From an uncultured Bacteroidales bacterium (GTDB lineage: Bacteria; Bacteroidota; Bacteroidia; Bacteroidales; JBBRXJ01): a stretch of DNA of 58,871 nt. Position numbers and translations under genes: made by a program. Positions within the stretch are counted from its first letter, which is position 1, and each line of letters opens with the position of its first letter. Below the pieces are notes generated by a model. The model was not told the origin of the DNA, searched no databases, and saw only the letters and a program-made list of their open reading frames with translations. The DNA is taken from contig CAZJWE010000003.1 of the NCBI GenBank assembly GCA_964549265.1, forward strand, positions 1 through 58,871. The letters run 5' to 3'. Below, one piece after another: positions 26,036 through 33,787 of the stretch.

Positions 26036-26120
26036 GCCCCAAAAATGAGCAGCTTACTATTGTAAATAAACAATTTAAGGTAAGCGAAACAAAGTGAGTA
26101 GACATGATGGAACAATCATT
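26036..26120 (+). repeat. Intergenic repeat family E, copy 1
   Basis: 'ccccaaaaatgagcagcttactattgtaaataaacaatttaaggtaagcgaaacaaagtgagtagacatgatggaacaatca' aligns over its length with 54614-54695. Confidence 0.7.
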
Positions 26121-26202
26121 AATTAAAGAAAAGGGCAAATATATAATTTTTCCAAACACTTTTTCATGTTATAAGAAACATATAAGGTAATAAATTTAAT
26201 AA

Positions 26203-26280
26203 GCTCTATTCTAATAAATGGTTGATAAATTAAACAAATTGTGTTTTAGGAGTCACTATAGAAAATCCAAAGATCAAAAT
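26203..26280 (+). repeat. Intergenic repeat family B, copy 1 (core GCTCTATTCTAA-N-ATGGTTGATAAAT...CTATAGAAAATCCAAAG)
   Basis: Read directly. It shares its core with 52825-52890, 54722-54832 (inverted) and 58678-58871. Confidence 0.75.
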
Positions 26281-26339
26281 ATATTCCAAATTTGTATTAG
26301 GATTAAGAATTATAAAGTGTAAACTTTTTTTAGGACGAG

Positions 26340-27638
26340 TCACCATCCTCCCCCGGCACCGCCGCCTCCAAAGCCACCGCCTCCAAAGCTTCCCATTCCA
26401 GAACTGCTGGCAAAACCACCATGCGATGTATGACCAAATCCACCTAAAAAAGCTCCTCCCACAACAGGATAATAATACCAACGTCCGTTGTAGTCGCTGT
26501 AAATCCGTTCAACATTCTGTTTTAACAATGCTTCCAAAGCAAATGCAGTAATACTTATACCTGCTACACGCTTTCCTTTCATTTGTCTAACATCCAGTAT
26601 AATCAAAGCTACTGCTGATAAAAAGCTTAAGAATACCCTGCAAAAAAAGAAATAAACGATTCCAATTATTACAGCCAAAATTACTGGCATTGACATAACA
26701 GATATTATGAATAAAATAATACCGATTAAAATCATAAAAATGAATATTATTTTCAAAAAGATGTCTGAAAACTCCCAAAACACTTTATGCCTGTTTCTTC
26801 CATCCATTTTTATACAAAAAAAACGGTCTTCAATCTTTGGCAGATATTTCTTTAAAAATCTTTTATTTCTAATGTATTTCGAGATAAATCTTTTGAGTTT
26901 TGGATACTTCTTATTAAATGCTCTTTCCAACTCTTCAACATAATTAAGCAAATTTTCTTTATTTGGTTTTCCTTCATAATAATATACATTATACTTTGAA
27001 GGGACTTTTCTGTGGCAGACATATATAAAATAAATGATAATGAGAGCAATTGCCAGTCCCATGAGTCCCAAAAAAGACAATAATATAATCTTTCCATCAC
27101 TCATATCTGATCTTACAGGATCAGAATACTCCCCTTTTGCCATGCTCATAAGTTTATCAAGAGCCAGGTCACATCCCTCATAAAATTGATTCTTTTTAAA
27201 ATTCGGAATCATGATATTTTCAATAATGCGTTTAGCTCTTTTATCTGTTATAACCCCTTCTAAGCCATAACCAACAGCAATAAACACTTCACCTCTTTCG
27301 TCCCGGTATTTTGGTTTTATAAGAATCACAATGCCGTTATCAAATTCTTCTTGCCCTACACCCCAAACATTTCCTATTTCTGTAGCATAAGAATAAGGAC
27401 TGTCTCCTTCTAGAGAAGGGACGGTAACAATTACAATTTGGTTAGATGTGTTTTGATCAAATACCCGGATACGATTTTCTAATAATATGACTTCACGATC
27501 ATCAAACATATTTGCCAAATCGCTCACATAACGAAATGGATTAGGTTTCTCCGGTATTCCACTACAAATCAATAATCCAGAACACAACAATAAAATTAAA
27601 ATAATTGATCGTTTAATTATCATACCATGAAATTTCAT
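26340..27638 (-). CDS. TPM-domain (YgcG-like) membrane protein with an expanded multi-TM insert and a Gly-rich tail
   Basis: 432 aa. A signal peptide is followed by a TPM/phosphatase-like domain ('NQIVIVTVPSLEGDSPYSYATEIGNVWGVGQEEFDNGIVILI...'). A TM helix, a basic cytoplasmic segment and further TM helices follow. The C-terminal tail is 'GGFASSSGMGSFGGGGFGGGGAGGGW'. Confidence 0.7.
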   Translation of the reverse strand: MKFHGMIIKRSIILILLLCSGLLICSGIPEKPNPFRYVSDLANMFDDREVILLENRIRVFDQNTSNQIVIVTVPSLEGDSPYSYATEIGNVWGVGQEEFDNGIVILIKPKYRDERGEVFIAVGYGLEGVITDKRAKRIIENIMIPNFKKNQFYEGCDLALDKLMSMAKGEYSDPVRSDMSDGKIILLSFLGLMGLAIALIIIYFIYVCHRKVPSKYNVYYYEGKPNKENLLNYVEELERAFNKKYPKLKRFISKYIRNKRFLKKYLPKIEDRFFCIKMDGRNRHKVFWEFSDIFLKIIFIFMILIGIILFIISVMSMPVILAVIIGIVYFFFCRVFLSFLSAVALIILDVRQMKGKRVAGISITAFALEALLKQNVERIYSDYNGRWYYYPVVGGAFLGGFGHTSHGGFASSSGMGSFGGGGFGGGGAGGGW

Positions 27639-28053
27639 TACTTAATTCATTAATATCATCACTTTCATAAGGGAAATAAGCTGATAATTGTTTGCCTATC
27701 TCATGGACAGCCAGCTCAATACCTTTTGTAAATTCATTATTTTTAAAATGGGTTTCCATAATCTCTTTTATATGATCCCAAAAATTATTGGGAACAACAT
27801 TATTAATTCCTTCATCACCAACAATAGCAAATTGTTTATCCCGAACCGCTAAATATATTAATACGCCATTCCTTGCATCTGTCTCTTCCATTTTTAAATA
27901 CTTGAATACTTCTAATGCCCTTTTAAACGGAGAACCATTGCAATGGTTTTCCAAATGCACTCTTATCTCTCCCGATGACTTTAACTCAGCTTTTTTAATA
28001 CTAACAGCTATTTTTCGTTTATTTTTTTTAGATAAAAACGTTGACGCTTTCAT
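27613..28053 (-). CDS. TPM-domain protein (TLP18.3/Psb32/MOLO-1 family)
   Basis: 146 aa. 'SGEIRVHLENH...ETDARNGVLIYLAVRDKQFAIVGDEGINNVVPNNFW' is typical of the short cytoplasmic TPM paralogue that precedes YgcG-like genes. Confidence 0.7.
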   Translation of the reverse strand: MKASTFLSKKNKRKIAVSIKKAELKSSGEIRVHLENHCNGSPFKRALEVFKYLKMEETDARNGVLIYLAVRDKQFAIVGDEGINNVVPNNFWDHIKEIMETHFKNNEFTKGIELAVHEIGKQLSAYFPYESDDINELSNEISWYDN

Positions 28054-28213
28054 ACATATTCACCCCGTTTATATTTTAAAATTTACTGTTCTCTTAGAAC
28101 TCTCTATTAAAAAACAATTATTGACCTATAAAAAACTATAGTATATTAAAATTTCATTGATTCAAATTTATAAAAAAAATCTCATATAGTAGAAATTTAT
28201 ATCTGGATATTAA

Positions 28214-28243
28214 TAAAAAAAGGCTGCCCAAACAGACAGCCTT
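28214..28243 (-). terminator. Rho-independent terminator of the GH5/T9SS gene
   Basis: The minus-strand sequence is 'aaaggctgtctgtttgggcagccttttttt': stem AGGCTG/CAGCCT followed by T7. It lies about 30 nt after the stop at 28271. Confidence 0.65.
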
Positions 28244-28270
28244 TAAAACATATATTTCAGAAATTAAAAA

Positions 28271-31200
28271 TTATTTGACAATAATTTTCTCTGACACATT
28301 GTAGTCATTTCCTGTTGCTTTAATCAAATACATACCTGCATTAAAAATGCCTGCATCAACTTTCAGCGTTGCATCCGAATCATTGATAACGACTGATTCA
28401 GCATATACTGTTTTACCGTTGATGTCATAAATTATAACATCTACAGCTTTTTCACCTGCAAAACCTGTTAAATCAATAGTTAATGCATCTCCCACCAGTG
28501 GGTTCGGGTACAATTCAATAGAAGCATTGGCATCAGCAGTAGTTATATCCTCAATGTCACTCACTGCTTTGCCGGATTTAATATTACTTCCATCAATAAT
28601 CAGTTCAGGCATATAATCTGTGTCTTCTGATGAACTGTATTTGGTAAAGCTGGTAATCCCTTCGGTTAATACTGTTGAAATATTAATGGAAAATTCGCCA
28701 CCCAACGCATTTTCAAGTGCAGTAATACCATTTTCATTGAGTTCGATCTCATTCCACGATCTACTATCAACAATATGTTCGGCAATGGTATTGCCCATGT
28801 CTGTGGGACGGTTATTCCATGTAATATTATCCTCACTCCAATTATTATCATTTACCACTTTCAGGAAATGTTCAGGCCCGGTATTCCATGAATCCACAAA
28901 TAATCTGAGTTTTGCAGAACTCACGGTGCCTGAAGATGACAAGTGGCTTAAATCAAATTTAAGATAAGCCTGTTCATCATGGCCGTCATCATATCTCACA
29001 ACTTTAAAATCTGACTTATTGCCATAATTTCTGTCCGGTGAATCATTATACACTGTGGCATCATCAATTGGGTTTACAGTATCCATTGAAGGCCCGGGGG
29101 AAGATGAATTCACGGTAACATCCACATCGTCGGTATTCTCACAACCATTGGCATCGGTAACAGTCACTGTATAAATACCGTCTGCCGAGGTGGTTGCAGA
29201 AGAAATGGTTGGATTCTGATCTGTTGAGCTAAAACTATTCGGTCCACTCCATGACCAGCTGGTGGCATCGCCGCCACTTTCGGTTAAATTGATGTCATCG
29301 CCTTCTTCAACCGGAGAGTTGCTGCCGGCTGTGGCTGTAGGCGATGCATTAACTGTGACATCTACATTGTCTGTGCTTTCGCATCCGTTGGCATCGGTCA
29401 CGGTCACTGTATACGTGCCATCTGCCGATGTAGATGCAGAAGAAACCGTTGGATTTTGATCTGTTGAGCTAAAGCTATTCGGGCCGCTCCATGACCAACT
29501 GGTGGCATCATCGCCGCTTTCGGTTAAATTGATGTCGTCGCCTTCACATACAGGCGAATTACTGCCGGCTGTAGCGGTTGGCAATGAATTTACTATTACA
29601 GAAACCTCGTCGGTTGCTGTATTGCTGTTAGCATCTGTAACGGTTACTGTATAGGTACCGGCTGCTGAAGTGGATGCTGAAGAAATAGTAGGATTCTGAT
29701 CTGTTGAGCTAAAGCTGTTCGGGCCGCTCCATGACCAGCTGGTCGCATCGCCACCGCTTTCGGTTAAATGAATGTCTTCTCCTACACATACTGGTGAATT
29801 ACTGCCAGCTGAGGCTGTAGGTGTAGCTTCACCTTCGTCTCCAACAATAATCAATTCAGGCATATAATCGGTGTCTTCTGATGAACTGTACTTTGTAAAG
29901 CTGGTGACACCCTCGGTTAATACACTTGATATATTAATTGAAAATTCATCGCCAAGGGCATTCTCAAGTGCAGCAACACCATCTGAATTCAGTTCAATCT
30001 CATTCCATGACCTACTGGCCACAACATGTTCTGCAATGGCATTACCCATGTCTGTCGGCCTGTTATTCCAGGTAATGTTGTTTTCGCTCCAATTATTATC
30101 ATTCACCACTTTTAGCGTATGTTCGGGCCCGCTATTCCACGAACCTACAAACAATCTGAGCTTTGCTGAACTTATACTTCCCGAAGCTGAAAAACCACTC
30201 AGGTCAAATTTAATATAAGCCTGTTCATCATGGCCATCATCATATCGTACAACTTTAAAATCTGTTTTATTCCCGTAATTTCTGTCTGGAGAGTCATTGT
30301 ATACAGTAGCATCATCAATTGGGTTCAACGTATCTGATGATGGATCCACAACAGATGTATTCACAGTAACATCTACATTATCTGTGCTTTCGCAACCATT
30401 CGAACCAGACACTGTCACCGTATAGGTGCCGTCTGCCGAAGATGTGGCTGAGCTAATGGTGGGGTTCTGGACTGTTGAACTAAAACTATTCGGTCCACTC
30501 CATGACCAGCTGGTGGCATCGCCGCCACTTTCGGTTAAATTGATGTCATCGCCTTCTTCAACCGGAGAGTTGCTGCCGGCTGTGGCTGTAGGCGATGCAT
30601 TAACTGTGACATCTACATTGTCTGTGCTTTCGCATCCGTTGGCATCGGTCACGGTCACTGTATACGTGCCATCTGCCGATGTAGATGCAGAAGAAATCGT
30701 TGGATTTTGATCTGTAGAGCTAAAGCTGTTGGGTCCGCTCCATGACCAACCGGTGGCATCATCGCCGCTTTCGGTTAAATTGATATTTTCGCCTTCACAC
30801 ACAGGTGAATTGCTGCCGGCGGTGGCTGAAGGAATTGAATTAACCGATACTGTTACTTCGTCTGTTGCTGTTTCACTGTCTGCATCAGTAATGGTGACTT
30901 TATAAGTACCGCCATCTGAAGTAGTCGCATTTGCAATGGTAGGATTTTGGTCTGTTGAGCTAAAGCTATTCGGGCCGCTCCATGACCAGCTTACGGCATC
31001 GCCACCGCTTTCGGTTAAGTTAATATCATCGCCCACACAAACAGGAGAATTGCTGCTGGCTGTAGCTGAGGGAGCGCCGCCTTCACAATCTTGTGGCCAT
31101 GTACCATGATCTGGACACCAGGTTACATCATGTTCTCCACTCAATGCATCGATTTCATTTTTAAAATCGGTACTTGAACTGAACAGATAGGCTTCGTGTC

Positions 31201-32101
31201 CGGCTTTAATCTCGGGGAACGAATAAAAACACAACCATGACATTTCCATGTCATTTTCATAGAATTCAATTAGCTCACCGCTATATTCCAAATTACCATG
31301 TAATGTACTGTCGCGTGTAAACTCTGTATTGATAAATGCATATCCCTGATCTTGCAACTGCGGAATGATATTTAACTCAGTTGAAGAAGCATATTTTGAA
31401 TTTGTATGTTTCCGTGCATGCGAACACCAATAATATCCATGATAACCCATAGAGGCATTGCTAAAATCCACACCACCATCTTCCATTCCCTGTATATCCT
31501 GGAGCAGGTAATCTGCTGTAGCCACTACGCTTCCATAGCTTCGCATGATAATATGCGTGTTGGGGGCATATTTCCTGATTGTATCATATGCTTCAACTTC
31601 CATACTTATGGTTTCATCAGAAGAAGGATTGTTGCATACAAACTCTGGTTCATTATACACTTCATAAATCACATGGGTTTCATCAGCATAGCGGGGAGCA
31701 TAAAAAGGCCAGAATTCCCTCATCTTATCCAATGAAAATTCGCCATTCTTGTCCCATCCTCCAATGGTTATGATAAGATATACACCGGCTTCACGTGTCC
31801 ACTTCACCAGACTGTCTGCTAAAGGTTGATATCTTCCGGTTGGAACGGAATACCATTCACAATAAAAGTGAAATGCATTCATTCCATACTCAGTAGCTGC
31901 TTTTGTGATTCCTTCTTTAGTGCCGTCACGAATCTCAGAAGGATCATTATTATAATAATCTGTGTAAATGTAACAACCACGCAAGCGCGAGCCATTATCG
32001 GCTACAAGCGTACCGTTTGAAATATAAGGCCTGCCGCGTTGTTGTGCCAACAATGAAACCATCATCAGCATCAAACCAATCGTAAAACTAAGTTTTTTCA
32101 T
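28271..32101 (-). CDS. Secreted GH5-type glycoside hydrolase with 2x[3 Ig-like repeats + DNRLRE-like domain] and a T9SS C-terminal domain
   Basis: 1276 aa with a signal peptide. The (beta/alpha)8 GH5 core carries acid/base 'EVYNEPE' and nucleophile 'FINTEF'. Six ~78-aa Ig-like repeats are present ('[38 protein letters not shown]...[13 protein letters not shown]'). Two ~190-aa domains follow the repeats ('[33 protein letters not shown].KFDLS...AKLRLFV'). The C-terminal sorting domain is '[17 protein letters not shown]...[20 protein letters not shown]'. Confidence 0.85.
   Translation of the reverse strand: [1276 protein letters not shown]
28595..31096 (-). repeat. Internal tandem duplication, 2 x 1251 bp (417 codons), inside the GH5 gene
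   Basis: Landmarks repeat at an exact 1251-nt offset: the 'cat' of MPELII at 28610 and 29861, and 'cacata/cacaaa' at 29785 and 31036. The shadow ORFs 29262..29459 and 30426..30710 (over its 30513..30710 portion) translate to the same peptide except one residue, implying a near-identical DNA patch. Confidence 0.9.
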
Positions 32102-32200
32102 AGGTTAGTTAGTTTTGGGGTTAATAAATAAGATGGCGGGGCCTTTTCGCCCCACCTTTTTTACAAAGAAGTTAGTTTATTAGTTTAATTTGTGTTTGTT

Positions 32201-32318
32201 CTATAAAATCCAAATTCAAGGCATGTGAGGAATCTAAACCAAAAAATACCGGAGTATTTGAGGACTTAGATTTCGAGCAACAACGAAGGAGCTCGACGAA
32301 GTCAACCTGGACTTTATA
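32201..32318 (+). repeat. Intergenic repeat family C, copy 1 (MITE-like, imperfect terminal inverted repeats)
   Basis: The sequence is 'ctataaaatccaaattcaaggcatgtgaggaatctaaacc...gaggacttagatttcgagcaacaacgaaggagctcgacgaagtcaacctggactttat'. The ends ('ataaaatccaaattcaagg' and 'cctggactttat') are roughly complementary. There is an internal aatctaa/ttagatt hairpin. Confidence 0.75.
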
Positions 32319-32488
32319 ATCAATATGCTAATATAGGGATAGATGGGGATTATCAAAAACAACCTTGAAACATATAAGCAATGATGAAACATTATGTTAC
32401 ATGGTTACAGAAAATGTATCAAGAGTATATATTTCTATTTGCAATGTATGCATTCATGAGGCTTCATCAACCAAGCTTAACCGGAAAA

Positions 32489-33787
32489 TCATTCAACGTT
32501 ATCATATCTTTTATCAAGATGCTGATTTTTGAATGACCTGTAGAATTTATGAATAATAAAACGGGCATCTTCTTTTGAAGGGATCAAGGCATAGAGAGAA
32601 GTGCCTGTAATTTTCATAAAAACAGTTATATGAAAAACAAACGAAAAAATATAAGCCAGTGAAGAAGCTATGGCCGCACCTTTTAATGCCATGGACGGAA
32701 CGATTAATATACCAACACCGGCCACTACAGCCAGGCCAATAGCTGAACCTATTGTATTTAAATAATGTCTGCCAGTGCCTGAAAAATAATGGGCTATGAT
32801 AGAATGACCCACAACACTAATAATTCCAGGACTCAAGTAAATAATCACCAGGCGTACATATCCGAATTCTTGTCCGAATATGGCTTGATACAGTTGTACG
32901 GGAATTAAAAACAACACCAACACACAACAAACACCAATGATAAGACTTACCTTTAAAACCCGTATAGTCAACAAAGGTGCTTCGGATTCATTGGAAAGAT
33001 TGGCAATTTTAGTATACAATACCAATGAAATGCTTTTACTGATTAACCAGATACCTTCTGCCAGCCTTACACTCAGTGCCAGTATCCCCAATATGGATTT
33101 ATCATAATAATAATCAATATAATAATAAGTCAACCTGTATACAAATAATTGCAGCAAATTGGCCAACTGTGCAAATCCGCTATACATAAACATCTTGCGA
33201 ATAATACGCCCAACCCCTGCAAGTTCGTGTATCCGCATGTATTTTTTTGTCAAAACAAAGGACGAAAGCAATGTAAATCCATAAGCTGCATACAATGAAC
33301 AAATGTATGATGAAATATCTTTTCGCCTGAGTATCCAAAGGAAGAATACCAATACAATGCCTTGTACTATTATTTGCAAAAAAGTGATCATATTGAATGC
33401 ACCAATGCGTTCTTTGCCAAGTAACAGGCGGTTATTTACCTGGCCGGCGGTATGAATCAAAGACAAAAAGAAAATATGCTCTGAATACTCAACAGGTATG
33501 AGTTTAAAATAATGAAGGATATATGTTACAATGCCGGTGCTGGCTAGAGCCCAGATATAAGCAGGAATTATGAGTTGTATGGGATGATGGCGTGGTACCA
33601 TGTAAATCATCCCGCCTCCGCTTATGAAGCTATTGACAGACAACACAATGGTAATGCCAAGCAATATCAGGCTTATTGTACCAAGGCCTTCGGCACCGAG
33701 TATATTCGACACCAATGTTACGATCAGCAAACCAATGATTGCAGACCCCAGCTTATTGCCAAAAGTAAATATGATATGCTTAAACAT
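32489..33787 (-). CDS. Polysaccharide/oligosaccharide flippase (Wzx/MOP superfamily)
   Basis: 432 aa with about 12 TM helices. The composition and length are typical of Wzx-like 'polysaccharide biosynthesis protein' family members. It overlaps the upstream gene by 8 nt. Confidence 0.7.
   Translation of the reverse strand: MFKHIIFTFGNKLGSAIIGLLIVTLVSNILGAEGLGTISLILLGITIVLSVNSFISGGGMIYMVPRHHPIQLIIPAYIWALASTGIVTYILHYFKLIPVEYSEHIFFLSLIHTAGQVNNRLLLGKERIGAFNMITFLQIIVQGIVLVFFLWILRRKDISSYICSLYAAYGFTLLSSFVLTKKYMRIHELAGVGRIIRKMFMYSGFAQLANLLQLFVYRLTYYYIDYYYDKSILGILALSVRLAEGIWLISKSISLVLYTKIANLSNESEAPLLTIRVLKVSLIIGVCCVLVLFLIPVQLYQAIFGQEFGYVRLVIIYLSPGIISVVGHSIIAHYFSGTGRHYLNTIGSAIGLAVVAGVGILIVPSMALKGAAIASSLAYIFSFVFHITVFMKITGTSLYALIPSKEDARFIIHKFYRSFKNQHLDKRYDNVE

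Noticed and set aside
26230-26481. An 83-aa ORF rich in Trp/Arg/Cys overlapping the 3' end of the TPM membrane protein gene.
   Set aside because: It is an alternative frame of the Gly-rich (GGN-repeat) tail coding region and extends into repeat B1. It shows no protein-like features.
28595-31096. Regularly spaced ~240-bp and 1251-bp repeats, which might be read as a CRISPR-like or satellite array.
   Set aside because: The repeats are in-frame protein domains (Ig-like and DNRLRE-like) of one long ORF. There are no short direct repeats with unique spacers, and no cas genes are present.
32140-32165. A GC hairpin (GGGGC-cttttc-GCCCC) followed by T6 on the plus strand, just upstream of the GH5 gene start.
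   Set aside because: It is oriented as a plus-strand terminator, but no plus-strand gene precedes it. On the minus strand it lacks a T-tract. It is more likely part of the GH5 5' leader or a chance hairpin, so I did not call it.
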